From a virus: a stretch of 38,396 nucleotides of DNA. Location: IMG/VR virus record IMGVR_UViG_3300022751_000013, positions 1-38,396 of that record; one strand, written 5' to 3'. The notes below the pieces were generated by a model that ran no database searches, had not been told where the DNA came from, and was given only the letters and a program-made list of their open reading frames with translations. The translations under genes were made by a program, and so were the position numbers. Of the stretch, positions 19,259 to 27,542 are shown piece after piece; positions within the stretch are counted from its first letter, which is position 1; every line of letters starts with the position of its first letter.

Positions 19259-20434
19259 TTAATAAATTAAGCTATCTATTGTGCCGCTAGTCATGCCATC
19301 GTCTTCATCTTCACGTGGTCGTAGACTCTCCATTGCATACCGCTCAGCATCTCCCGCATGGTTAAAGATGTCCTCTGGTGTGTTGAGTATCTTACCGTCA
19401 CGGTCTGTCTTCCACATATAGTTGCGGTACTCTTTGATTGCATTAGTGGATCGCTTAGTTATGCTGATCTGCTGGTCTTGTATGTATTGGATGCCTTGAT
19501 TAATAGAACCTGCGCCCTTATTCGCACCTAACACATTAACGCCATAGAGTCTTAGTTCGTCAATTGACTTTGGCTCTGCACTGTCTGCTATGACAAGCGT
19601 GTTAGCTTTTGGAAGGTTGTTAATAACATCTGCGATCTGTTTATTACTTAGCCCCTTCTGGTATAATTGTTCATCGAATATATAACCACCGTTGTAGTGG
19701 TAGACATCAATAAGGGCTGTTGGGTCGTTAGAGTATCCAAAGTCCAGCCCACGTCGTTCTAAACGTGCCTCATGTGGTATATCGTCAATGATTTGCCAGT
19801 TAGTATAGATCTTACCTTCGACCTCACCCAGTAGTCCGAGACCGTAGACTCTCCACCAGTTCCTATTGTTCCTGCGTGATTCAATGGACTCTACAATGCT
19901 CTGCGGCAAACCTTCGTTATCCTTGTAAGTAAGCGTAATGAAGTCTACATCTCTGTTTGGCTGCACTTCCGTATACCACCAAAACTCATTAGTTGGATTC
20001 CAGTCAGCCCATATCTCTTCATCGGTACGGACTTCTAGTTGTTCAAAGGTTTCGGCTGGTAGGTTGTTAGCCTCATTCATATACAGACGATTGCGGCGAG
20101 GTCCACGTACCTTACTTGGCATGTCAGCTGAGAAGAATTCTATCTTACTCCCTGTCTCAAATGTGTAAGTGAAGTCAGATTTATTCCAGCGATCAGCTTT
20201 GAAGTAGTTATGCTCTGTGAGGATTGAAAGAAAGTCTCTCATAGCACCACGCTTCAGGTGAGGCATTGATTCTGACACAATACTGGTCAGCTTCGGTGTC
20301 TTATCTGATTGCGCCTTGTCTATGAGGATTTGGAGGATAGAAATAGTTTTACCCGCTGAAGTACCACCAGCCACGCCTTTGATGCGCTTACGTAGCTGTA
20401 GAAGTTTATTGGTTGCTGTTGTCGCTACATACAT
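19259..20434 (-). CDS. terL: Terminase large subunit.
   Basis: 391-aa ORF with an N-terminal Walker A motif (GGTSAGKT) and a C-terminal nuclease-like half with acidic motifs. It follows a small-terminase-like gene. Confidence 0.85.
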   Translation of the reverse strand: MYVATTATNKLLQLRKRIKGVAGGTSAGKTISILQILIDKAQSDKTPKLTSIVSESMPHLKRGAMRDFLSILTEHNYFKADRWNKSDFTYTFETGSKIEFFSADMPSKVRGPRRNRLYMNEANNLPAETFEQLEVRTDEEIWADWNPTNEFWWYTEVQPNRDVDFITLTYKDNEGLPQSIVESIESRRNNRNWWRVYGLGLLGEVEGKIYTNWQIIDDIPHEARLERRGLDFGYSNDPTALIDVYHYNGGYIFDEQLYQKGLSNKQIADVINNLPKANTLVIADSAEPKSIDELRLYGVNVLGANKGAGSINQGIQYIQDQQISITKRSTNAIKEYRNYMWKTDRDGKILNTPEDIFNHAGDAERYAMESLRPREDEDDGMTSGTIDSLIY

Positions 20435-20512
20435 GATATATCACCTATGACAATATTTTTAGCTTCTCTGTTGTATAAGGCTGTATATTCCGTGACCCCC
20501 ACTACCATCCTA

Positions 20513-20905
20513 TTAGCTCTTTATCTCATTTGTGGTATTTTTTTCTGTGCTTTTACCACCCAAGATAGGTGTTACTTCTTGAACCTTAACGTCTGACTCT
20601 GTCTTTTCAATGTATCCGTGCTTGCTTAACATCAACTTTGTGATGACTGCATTGTAGCGTCCAATAAGGCTATTCTGTAGTAGTTTATCCGCTTGAGATG
20701 CTCGTAATTTCCTTAAGATGTCGGAAAAGTCTTTGTTTTCTTTTTCCCATTCGTACAATGTGTCCCTGTGGACATCCAAAATAATAGACAACCTCTCAAT
20801 TGTCGGAAGTAGTGCAGTAGGACTCATCGTATCGTTTTCTCGCACATAAATCTGAGCCAAATCTAATAACTCAGGTGTTAATTTCTTAGGAGCGCCCATT
20901 ACCAT
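20513..20905 (-). CDS. terS: Terminase small subunit (HTH).
   Basis: 130-aa ORF. LPTIERLSIILDVHRDTLYEWEKENKDF is the typical terS helix-turn-helix, and the gene lies directly upstream of terL. Confidence 0.7.
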   Translation of the reverse strand: MVMGAPKKLTPELLDLAQIYVRENDTMSPTALLPTIERLSIILDVHRDTLYEWEKENKDFSDILRKLRASQADKLLQNSLIGRYNAVITKLMLSKHGYIEKTESDVKVQEVTPILGGKSTEKNTTNEIKS

Positions 20906-21039
20906 TATTTAAACCATACCTTTAACTTAGTCTTGAGCTGATAGAACCAACTACGATGCAACCAGACTTCTGGTGGAAATATTGAAGTATCAACATTAAG
21001 CTTCACACTATTGTGTCGGAATGTTTTAATCTTATTCAT
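20905..21039 (-). CDS. Small hypothetical ORF (44 aa).
   Basis: Hand-translated. It has TAATG overlaps at both ends, with terS and with the upstream small ORF. Confidence 0.35.
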   Translation of the reverse strand: MNKIKTFRHNSVKLNVDTSIFPPEVWLHRSWFYQLKTKLKVWFK

Positions 21040-21161
21040 TAAAGACTATCATCCTCAGTTAGAATTGCCTTGGTCTTTAGAATTACCTGTTCAGGGTCTT
21101 CCTGTTGAATGCCTTGTCGTAATTGGCTTGCTCTGATTGTAAGACTGATAGAGTCACCCAT
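21039..21161 (-). CDS. Small hypothetical ORF (40 aa).
   Basis: Hand-translated. GGAGAA lies 7 nt upstream of the ATG. Confidence 0.4.
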   Translation of the reverse strand: MGDSISLTIRASQLRQGIQQEDPEQVILKTKAILTEDDSL

Positions 21162-21185
21162 GATTATTCTCCGTTAGATACTTGC

Positions 21186-21214
21186 ATCATATCATAAGGG
21201 GAATGGTGTGTCTA
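21186..21214 (-). promoter_or_regulatory. Sigma70-like promoter TAGACA-17-TATGAT, upstream of the terminase-proximal small ORFs.
   Basis: On the minus strand, the -35 is at 21214..21209 and the -10 at 21191..21186, with a 17-nt spacer. Confidence 0.4.
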
Positions 21215-21216
21215 CT

Positions 21217-21462
21217 CTAAAATACTTCTACTAATTTCTTTCTCTGTGTATGACTCATTTTCAAAGATAAAAGACATATTGCCTCCCCCAAATAATCTTT
21301 GTTCTCAAGACACTTGGCAAGACAAAATTTAATATGATCTGATTCTATATTACCGTCTGATAAATATATATGCAGATTTCCACCAACAATATTATCTGGA
21401 TGAGAAGCAAATAACTTAACAAGTGGTATTACGTCTGTTGTCTCCAACTTACCTGGTATCAC
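21217..21462 (-). CDS. Hypothetical protein.
   Basis: 81-aa ORF overlapping the upstream gene by 4 nt. Confidence 0.55.
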   Translation of the reverse strand: MIPGKLETTDVIPLVKLFASHPDNIVGGNLHIYLSDGNIESDHIKFCLAKCLENKDYLGEAICLLSLKMSHTQRKKLVEVF

Positions 21463-21683
21463 TTAACGTCCTTAATAATCACATCTTTAGGATCATAGGT
21501 CGTAACTTCTTTGCCCCAGACTCGTCCGTCTTTGATGCGGGTGATCTTAATATCAGTACGCTTCATGTCGTCACTCATAAAACCTAGTATGATTGGCTCT
21601 TTAGGGTACATCTTAGACCTGTTTGATAGTTTTTGGATCATACCTTCACTTAGTTCTTCTGTAAGCTCTATAGGGCGTTTCAC
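21459..21683 (-). CDS. Hypothetical protein.
   Basis: 74-aa ORF with a GTG start preceded by TAAGGAGA. Confidence 0.6.
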   Translation of the reverse strand: MKRPIELTEELSEGMIQKLSNRSKMYPKEPIILGFMSDDMKRTDIKITRIKDGRVWGKEVTTYDPKDVIIKDVK

Positions 21684-21696
21684 GAGGTCTCCTTAA

Positions 21697-21813
21697 TTAG
21701 AATTTTGCTGTTACGAGTAAGTATACAGTCCCAATAAATGCTGCTATAAATAATAGTCCGAAAAGGATGAGTCCTACTGCAATTGTTGCTTCTGCTTTTT
21801 CTTGGTTGTTCAT
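21697..21813 (-). CDS. Tiny membrane protein (38 aa).
   Basis: Hand-translated as MNNQEKAEATIAVGLILFGLLFIAAFIGTVYLLVTAKF. ATGA overlap with the upstream ORF. Confidence 0.45.
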   Translation of the reverse strand: MNNQEKAEATIAVGLILFGLLFIAAFIGTVYLLVTAKF

Positions 21814-22022
21814 GTTGTCTCCTCTGGGTCAAATAAGCTTATGTGGATAATGCCTAGGCGATTGTAGCGTTCATAGCTAAGGTTAAATATCTCTGGGTCA
21901 GCTGAACGTAGGTAAGTACCGTAGGGACGTTTAGAAGCCTTCTGTTGGCTATTGTTTCCGTGAACTTGTTGATTAAGTCCTTGGTCTTCGTTGAGTAACT
22001 GCTCAAATTTTTTCTTGTTCAT
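21810..22022 (-). CDS. Hypothetical protein, predicted to be translated from a leaderless mRNA.
   Basis: 70-aa ORF. Its ATG starts 7 nt after the -10 hexamer of the conserved promoter motif, and there is no SD. Confidence 0.55.
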   Translation of the reverse strand: MNKKKFEQLLNEDQGLNQQVHGNNSQQKASKRPYGTYLRSADPEIFNLSYERYNRLGIIHISLFDPEETT

Positions 22023-22028
22023 AGCTTC

Positions 22029-22045
22029 AATATACCATAAGCGAA
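22029..22045 (-). promoter_or_regulatory. Conserved early-promoter motif, copy 1: TTCGCTTATGGTATATT (extended -10, TGgTATATT).
   Basis: The 14-mer TTCGCTTATGGTAT on the minus strand (22045..22032) is identical to three other copies. Confidence 0.6.
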
Positions 22046-22120
22046 CTTACGAGTCAATAGTCTGATGCGGACAACTTGAATCCGAGTGGGTCACTGTCTT
22101 ACATAGCTGGCAATAGAATG

Positions 22121-22285
22121 TCATTCTGATCTACTACCATCAGGTGTAACAATAGTAAACGCTGCGATAATCATCATGAAACTTCCCGCTATTGGGTGGT
22201 TGTTGATAAACAGGAATACTGAACATGCTGCAAGTCCGAGTGTTTGTATGATAGATATGATTAATAGTACGTAAGTTTTATTCAT
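22121..22285 (-). CDS. Small membrane protein (54 aa).
   Basis: Hand-translated, with two hydrophobic segments. ATGA overlap with the upstream ORF. Confidence 0.45.
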   Translation of the reverse strand: MNKTYVLLIISIIQTLGLAACSVFLFINNHPIAGSFMMIIAAFTIVTPDGSRSE

Positions 22286-22533
22286 TTCTTATTTCCCCAT
22301 AAATATTGTCTCTGCTCTTGTCTGACTACATTGCGCCCAACCGTGTAAGCAGGATTAGCTAGGTCAATTATTGTTTCATGTTCACCAATTATGTATTTTT
22401 CTACTGCTCGCTTGATAGTGTGCTTTAGATTAGATCTCAAAACACTTGATTTTACGTGCTCATATCCAAGATACCCATACAACTCATCAATAGCGATGTC
22501 TAGCTCTTTATCAAAGTCTGTAACTTCACTCAT
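22282..22533 (-). CDS. Hypothetical protein.
   Basis: 83-aa ORF, tightly coupled to its neighbours. Confidence 0.6.
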   Translation of the reverse strand: MSEVTDFDKELDIAIDELYGYLGYEHVKSSVLRSNLKHTIKRAVEKYIIGEHETIIDLANPAYTVGRNVVRQEQRQYLWGNKK

Positions 22534-22805
22534 TACTTCCCCTTCACAATAGTTCTTAGTTCAGAAAATACTTGGTTTACAATGCTTACTTCAACGTTTT
22601 TCACTGGGTCTATTTTTACGTATTTTTCGTCTTCTCCTATTACATCTATAAATAGAGAGTCAATAGCTTTCTGCGTGTAGGTAATGTTATCTTTTCGTAT
22701 CGCATCAATATCTTTTCCTCCCTGTAAGCCAGATTGATAGCTGCTCTCTTCAAGCTCTGCCAATATCTTATCTCGTCTGTCTTTATAGGTTTGGTGGTCT
22801 ATCAT
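22533..22805 (-). CDS. Hypothetical protein.
   Basis: 90-aa ORF, tightly coupled to its neighbours. Confidence 0.6.
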   Translation of the reverse strand: MIDHQTYKDRRDKILAELEESSYQSGLQGGKDIDAIRKDNITYTQKAIDSLFIDVIGEDEKYVKIDPVKNVEVSIVNQVFSELRTIVKGK

Positions 22806-22990
22806 GATTGCTCCTCTAATTCTTTGGGTAATTCTAGTAACATCCAGTTAGGTTCACCATATTCCCTATACATATTCTCGACCCATACACGACCTTTTGA
22901 GTCAAGCATGACCATTTGATTCTTAACGCCTCTTACAGATAGTTGGACAATTTCTACGTCTGTAGCGTGTTCATAGATGTATTTACTCAT
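22802..22990 (-). CDS. Hypothetical protein.
   Basis: 62-aa ORF with 4-nt overlaps on both sides. Confidence 0.55.
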   Translation of the reverse strand: MSKYIYEHATDVEIVQLSVRGVKNQMVMLDSKGRVWVENMYREYGEPNWMLLELPKELEEQS

Positions 22991-23283
22991 GATTTGTTTA
23001 GCTCCTTTAATTCTGCAATGCGTTCTATTAAAGTTTGTGCCATGTCTCCAGATTCATCGTATGTCCACAAGACCTTGCCATCTTCATCTATGTCTATACG
23101 TTCAAGTTCATTGATACTACTGAGTGTATTTTGTTTCTGAAGAAACCTAGTCAAATCTTCTTGCCTAACTATGTAGGAGTAGGGTTCAATTCCAGAATCT
23201 TTATCTGACAAGAACATCCATGTAGCATATTCAGCAGGTGACATGCCGTTTTGTATTGCTCTAGGTTCTCTGCTCTTACTCAT
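22987..23283 (-). CDS. Hypothetical protein.
   Basis: 98-aa ORF with 4-nt overlaps on both sides. Confidence 0.6.
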   Translation of the reverse strand: MSKSREPRAIQNGMSPAEYATWMFLSDKDSGIEPYSYIVRQEDLTRFLQKQNTLSSINELERIDIDEDGKVLWTYDESGDMAQTLIERIAELKELNKS

Positions 23284-23750
23284 TCCGTCTTCCCTTCTTT
23301 GTTAAGTTTGGTGAGGTCGACCGTTATAGGATAATTAGGCGCTGGATCGTAACCAGCCTGCATTTTAGCCCTATCTCGAATGGAGTTTTTAATACCCTTG
23401 AAGATACCGTCCAGCTTATAACTCCCGTCATCACCTGCGTGATAGTGCATGTCATCTATCTCTTTGATTGTCCATGCAATGCCACGTTTCTCAGCCTCTA
23501 TTGTTTGTGTATGTGCATAAGCCTCGATACGCTTTCGAAACTCTACTAATCCAATGTTCGGAGATTCTATATAGAGAAGTTCGATTGTATCAGGAGGGTT
23601 GTTTTCTGATACACGTTCTGAATCTTGTATCGTTGATGATACATCGGAGTGCTGCGCCCTTAGGTTGTTAGTGGAATGGCTAGGGGGATTCAGTTCTTCC
23701 TCAAACACTTTGCGCACCTCGTCTTCTGGTAATGTACTACTCATTTTCAA
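23280..23750 (-). CDS. Hypothetical protein.
   Basis: 156-aa ORF. No motif recognised. Confidence 0.6.
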   Translation of the reverse strand: MKMSSTLPEDEVRKVFEEELNPPSHSTNNLRAQHSDVSSTIQDSERVSENNPPDTIELLYIESPNIGLVEFRKRIEAYAHTQTIEAEKRGIAWTIKEIDDMHYHAGDDGSYKLDGIFKGIKNSIRDRAKMQAGYDPAPNYPITVDLTKLNKEGKTE

Positions 23751-23862
23751 CCTCTTTCAAAAAAGCCTTAATGCCCTTTGTCTTTAAAATATTTCTGTGA
23801 TAGTCACACAGATACGTAAGAATTGGGTTTGCCCTAGTTCCTTTAGATGAACATTCGCACAT
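23737..23862 (-). CDS. Tiny Cys-rich ORF (41 aa, MCECSS..LCDYH).
   Basis: Hand-translated. It fills the gap after the HNH gene and overlaps the next ORF by 14 nt. Weak support. Confidence 0.3.
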   Translation of the reverse strand: MCECSSKGTRANPILTYLCDYHRNILKTKGIKAFLKEVENE

Positions 23863-23866
23863 AATT

Positions 23867-24442
23867 CTATTTCTCCCCTTCGTTTAATGATTGGATGCGG
23901 TCAGACAGTGTCATAAGCCTATCTTTTCCTAGTTTTGTGATGTGTCGCCATGTCTTGCCAGTTCTGATGTTTCCTATAGCGTTAACAGACATACCGTACT
24001 TTTTTGCTATCTCTCCTATGGTATCTCTAGAGGCTAATATTTCTAACACCTGTATGTCCTTAAGTTTGCTGTTCCCGCTGCTTTCACCTCTAGTATTAGA
24101 CAATCCATTGATAATTGCATGCTCCATGTTCGCAACGTGTGTTGTCCACTCTAGGTTAGACAAGCGATTGTTGGATTTATCACCGTCAATATGGTTAACC
24201 TCCATGTTTTCTTTAGCTCCAAGAAATGCGTTTGCGACAAGCCTGTGTACCATTATGTCTTTATATTTTCCGTCTCGTCTTAGAGACACCCTCCTATAAC
24301 CAAGAGAATCTCGATCTTTCATCACCGCACCATCGGGCAACCTTCCATACAGTGACCGCACTCTTCCTAGTGAACTGACGTCGTATAAAAACTCGTAGCC
24401 TAATACAGGCTTCCACCTTTCTTCGCTGTGTACATCAGACAT
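23867..24442 (-). CDS. Free-standing HNH homing endonuclease with NUMOD4-like N-terminus, HNH core and C-terminal HTH.
   Basis: 191-aa ORF with ERWKPVLGYEFLYDVSSLGRVRS (NUMOD4-like), VNHIDGDKSNNRLSNLEWTTHVANMEHA (HNH) and IGEIAKKYGMSVNAIGNIRTGKTW (HTH). Confidence 0.8.
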   Translation of the reverse strand: MSDVHSEERWKPVLGYEFLYDVSSLGRVRSLYGRLPDGAVMKDRDSLGYRRVSLRRDGKYKDIMVHRLVANAFLGAKENMEVNHIDGDKSNNRLSNLEWTTHVANMEHAIINGLSNTRGESSGNSKLKDIQVLEILASRDTIGEIAKKYGMSVNAIGNIRTGKTWRHITKLGKDRLMTLSDRIQSLNEGEK

Positions 24443-24621
24443 TACTCAACTCCTCGTATACGTTGTCTTTTTTCAGCTAAACGTTTTTCTGCGTCTACAA
24501 CAATTTTATTACGTAAACTCCACTCTGTAATATGTTCACTAATCGCTTCTTGGTAAGAACGTTTCGCTAATTGCACTTCAATAAGTTCATCACGGTCGCT
24601 GTGTACATCATTAGAAGGCAT
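24442..24621 (-). CDS. Hypothetical protein (59 aa).
   Basis: Hand-translated. TAATG overlaps at both ends. It falls just under the ORF-track length cutoff. Confidence 0.5.
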   Translation of the reverse strand: MPSNDVHSDRDELIEVQLAKRSYQEAISEHITEWSLRNKIVVDAEKRLAEKRQRIRGVE

Positions 24622-24989
24622 TATTGGCTACACTTTCCATAGTTAAGGCAAAAGCTATCATGAACATGAGGTTTTTCAGCGTCTAGTGGTTTAGGTGAAA
24701 GCTCAGCGATACGTTCTTCCACAGTTGCGAGGTGAGAAAAAGGCGGGTTTGGATACCACGAACTAAAGGAAGATACGTGCTTAAGTTCATCAATCCTTGC
24801 TGCGTTCTCTCTCTGTGTGATGAGGGTGTTGATAACCTTCATAGCGGCTTTCATAGAAAGTGTGAGGTCATATTCATAGTCACCGTCAATACCCGACAGT
24901 ATTATATTATCCTTAATCGCACTCTCTAACTGTGTATATATTTCAGATGTCTGGAAATCTTTGCTTTCGATTATAAACATATTACTCAC
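24621..24989 (-). CDS. Hypothetical protein.
   Basis: 122-aa ORF, coupled to its neighbours. Confidence 0.6.
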   Translation of the reverse strand: MSNMFIIESKDFQTSEIYTQLESAIKDNIILSGIDGDYEYDLTLSMKAAMKVINTLITQRENAARIDELKHVSSFSSWYPNPPFSHLATVEERIAELSPKPLDAEKPHVHDSFCLNYGKCSQ

Positions 24990-25231
24990 TTCGTATTCCT
25001 CGCTTCATTTAGAATATGTTTTACCTCTTTCAGACAATCATTAAAGCCTTCTACACGGTCGTTATAAGCCTCAAGTCCAAATTGATTAACTTTTACCTTC
25101 TCTTCTGGTAAAGCCTGTAGGATAGCAGAAACGACATCATCAATCTTACCCTCTTCAAATATACGAGAGTAATTCTTGTCTCCTGCACGTTTCAATAACG
25201 CATCTAGGATTGCTTGTCTTAGTTCGTTCAT
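24986..25231 (-). CDS. Hypothetical protein.
   Basis: 81-aa ORF, coupled to its neighbours. Confidence 0.6.
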   Translation of the reverse strand: MNELRQAILDALLKRAGDKNYSRIFEEGKIDDVVSAILQALPEEKVKVNQFGLEAYNDRVEGFNDCLKEVKHILNEARNTK

Positions 25232-25398
25232 AAAACACTTAACACCTTTCGTTTATACCAATCAACAGTGTTCTTACCGTCATACCACTGAACTTTATAG
25301 TTATATCCTTGTGGGTCTTTGCGATACTCAAGAACTTCCCCGTGTATCCCACTAAAATCATGATAAACTCTGCGACCAATCTCTATAATGCTACTCAT
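25228..25398 (-). CDS. Hypothetical small protein (56 aa).
   Basis: Hand-translated. AGGGGG lies 5 nt upstream of the ATG, and there is an ATGA overlap with the downstream gene. Confidence 0.5.
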   Translation of the reverse strand: MSSIIEIGRRVYHDFSGIHGEVLEYRKDPQGYNYKVQWYDGKNTVDWYKRKVLSVL

Positions 25399-25642
25399 GT
25401 TTACCCCCTATAGATGAGAGCTGAGATTGAAGCTCGGCTAACATATGAGTTGCCCATTCAGTCATGTCCATCCCAAGCTTAGAAGCGCCTACAGCCTGAT
25501 AAAGTATATTTTCTTGGCTCTCTACTACTAATTGATATAAAGCGTCTACAACCTTTGTCTCTGCGATACCAGCATTACCTTTACGGCAAATGTCTGCTAT
25601 TTGTTCTCGTAACTCTTGATCTCCTAATATACGTTCAGTCAT
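25391..25642 (-). CDS. Hypothetical protein.
   Basis: 83-aa ORF. Confidence 0.6.
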   Translation of the reverse strand: MTERILGDQELREQIADICRKGNAGIAETKVVDALYQLVVESQENILYQAVGASKLGMDMTEWATHMLAELQSQLSSIGGKHE

Positions 25643-25818
25643 TATTTTATTTCCTCTGGCAAAAAGGCAACCTCAATGTCAGCAGTTACTTCTTCCCACA
25701 TATCTGTTCCTGGTACTTGTTGTTGGTATCCTGACATTAGATTGTCCTAACTTTTATATCTTTTTTTACTTCACGAAGTGTACGGTCGTACTCGAATCCA
25801 AGGGTAAACTTAATTTCT

Positions 25819-26052
25819 TTAGTTAGCCTTTTCATTGCCCCACCTTTTATTAATAGCGTCCCTAGAGAGCTTCTTGTGCTGCTCTACGTCCATTGATCCG
25901 AAGCCTTTGGTAATACCACGGACTGAGCCACCCTTTTGACCAGCTTTTGAGAAGTGATCAGGGTTTAGTTCCTTTTGCTTACGGGCGCGTTCTTTAGCGG
26001 CAATGCTTCGTTTGTTCTTCGTGAACATCGGGTCTAGTCTTTTCTCTGTCAT
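25819..26052 (-). CDS. Small basic protein with a KGG-type (stress-protein-like) motif.
   Basis: 77-aa ORF. From memory, SKAGQKGGSVRGITKGFGSMDVEQHKKLSRDA resembles the KGG repeat of bacterial general-stress proteins. Confidence 0.45.
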   Translation of the reverse strand: MTEKRLDPMFTKNKRSIAAKERARKQKELNPDHFSKAGQKGGSVRGITKGFGSMDVEQHKKLSRDAINKRWGNEKAN

Positions 26053-26053
26053 C

Positions 26054-26212
26054 TTAAATTCTCTCTTTCGGGGTTATTCCCTGGGTTATATTCTTTATTA
26101 CGTCCATTGGTGCTCTGTACATGATGATTAGCTCGTCTATTGTGAATCCATCGCTAAATAACTGCTTGATCCTCCACTTATGAGTGAAGTGGACTTTGAT
26201 TCGATTACTCAT
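26054..26212 (-). CDS. Small putative helix-turn-helix protein (52 aa).
   Basis: Hand-translated. FSDGFTIDELIIMYRAPMDVIKNI looks like a short HTH. ATGA overlap with the upstream ORF. Confidence 0.45.
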   Translation of the reverse strand: MSNRIKVHFTHKWRIKQLFSDGFTIDELIIMYRAPMDVIKNITQGITPKERI

Positions 26213-26406
26213 AAGGTACTTACCTGGTATATGATTTCATTATCGTACTTGTCTCTACCTACTACCTTCAGCGTATCTGCAACTTCCTTCACCATTGGTG
26301 TTGCCATGTCGCCGTAGATTAGCCATAGAGTATCCGTTATGTGCCTGATCTCATCTTGCTTTGTATGGTTTAATCTCTCCCAATACTGGATCGGTATTTT
26401 ACTCAT
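26209..26406 (-). CDS. Hypothetical protein.
   Basis: 65-aa ORF, coupled to its neighbours. Confidence 0.55.
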   Translation of the reverse strand: MSKIPIQYWERLNHTKQDEIRHITDTLWLIYGDMATPMVKEVADTLKVVGRDKYDNEIIYQVSTL

Positions 26407-26705
26407 AATGCTTTCATCACCCGTTCACCGTATTCGTTAGTCATTTCTATGTACTGGGTGTATCGTCGGGTGTCTGCTTCTTCTGAATACTTTATTCGTC
26501 CATGTTCGTGCAGGAATCTCCTAGCCCTGGAAATCGTCTCAGGGTGTGTAACGCGTGTTAAGTTCCAATACAGGGATTTGGTGTCATCCCAGTTTTCGTA
26601 ACGCCACACGGCTTCTAAGAGCTTCATCTCATCGTCTTGGACGCCTGGGTTCCCTTCGATCACTGTCAGTACAAGCTCTTGTTTCTTAGTTAAGGGCTTC
26701 TTCAT
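26403..26705 (-). CDS. Hypothetical protein, possibly winged-helix.
   Basis: 100-aa ORF. The fold assignment is a guess. Confidence 0.55.
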   Translation of the reverse strand: MKKPLTKKQELVLTVIEGNPGVQDDEMKLLEAVWRYENWDDTKSLYWNLTRVTHPETISRARRFLHEHGRIKYSEEADTRRYTQYIEMTNEYGERVMKAL

Positions 26706-26863
26706 CAGCTTTCACACCCGTCTAGGTCTTTAGCTGTCTTAGCCTCATCTTCTTCAATTCTGGCATCTGCACGATCTTTGTCGTCCCTTAGCTCTCTAGC
26801 GTCAAGAGTTGCCTGTAGCTGTTCACTTAATGGAAGGATGTTTTCGTTAAAGAAGTTAAGCAT
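26705..26863 (-). CDS. Small hypothetical ORF (52 aa).
   Basis: Hand-translated. Start and stop overlap the neighbours on both sides. Confidence 0.45.
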   Translation of the reverse strand: MLNFFNENILPLSEQLQATLDARELRDDKDRADARIEEDEAKTAKDLDGCES

Positions 26864-27015
26864 TATTTTTGCTCCTTGAAAGTTTCAATCATTTGTTCTT
26901 GTGTGACTTTGTCTGCTTCCTGACTCAGTAAACCTATAAGTTCGATCATGTCCCAGATGTTCAAGTTCTTTTTTAAAACATCTAGTGCTTTTTCTGCTTT
27001 TGACTGCTTATCCAT
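26863..27015 (-). CDS. Small hypothetical ORF (50 aa).
   Basis: Hand-translated. Start and stop overlap the neighbours on both sides. Confidence 0.45.
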   Translation of the reverse strand: MDKQSKAEKALDVLKKNLNIWDMIELIGLLSQEADKVTQEQMIETFKEQK

Positions 27016-27185
27016 TACGCCTCCACAATCTTATTGTTACGATAATCCCAGAGCCCATTAGCTTTAGCTTGCTTTTCAAGTTCAGCTTTTGACTTCATTC
27101 GAGTGTTAAGACGCTGCGTTAATTCGTAGCGTTGTGTCTGCTCTGGTGTCATAACTTCTTGGATAGCTTGTTCTAATGTCTTCAT
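27015..27185 (-). CDS. Small hypothetical ORF (56 aa), first gene after promoter motif copy 2.
   Basis: Translation verified by hand block by block. GAAAGG lies upstream of the ATG. Confidence 0.5.
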   Translation of the reverse strand: MKTLEQAIQEVMTPEQTQRYELTQRLNTRMKSKAELEKQAKANGLWDYRNNKIVEA

Positions 27186-27212
27186 GTGATACCTTTCTGT
27201 TTGTATGTCTCT

Positions 27213-27229
27213 ATAATACCATAAGCGAA
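27213..27229 (-). promoter_or_regulatory. Conserved early-promoter motif, copy 2: TTCGCTTATGGTATTAT.
   Basis: Exact 14-mer at 27229..27216 on the minus strand, with the extended -10 TGgTATTAT. Confidence 0.6.
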
Positions 27230-27359
27230 AGATAAAAGAAAGACCTTTTTCAAGATCTCTCTAGCCATGATCGCCATATCTGTTCTAGTGTCATTCTCTT
27301 TCTACCGACCACCTTTAAGCGGTATATCATTAAGTCCATGTGGGCTTCATCTAACCAAC

Positions 27360-27542
27360 TCATGACTCCTTCACCTTCCTGGCAATAAGCTCGTATTTGC
27401 CAACACATTTGATACGCCGCTCGTCACCCTGAATCTCAAACTTTGTTTTATCTTTGGTTTTACTACGAAGAATAATATCCATTAGCAAGTCGTTAATAGC
27501 ACTTTTCTTTTCTAGTTCTAGTCTTCGCTTAGAAATCCACAT
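27360..27542 (-). CDS. Hypothetical basic protein.
   Basis: 60-aa ORF with a strong RBS (TAGGAGAAGAGCT then ATG). Confidence 0.55.
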   Translation of the reverse strand: MWISKRRLELEKKSAINDLLMDIILRSKTKDKTKFEIQGDERRIKCVGKYELIARKVKES

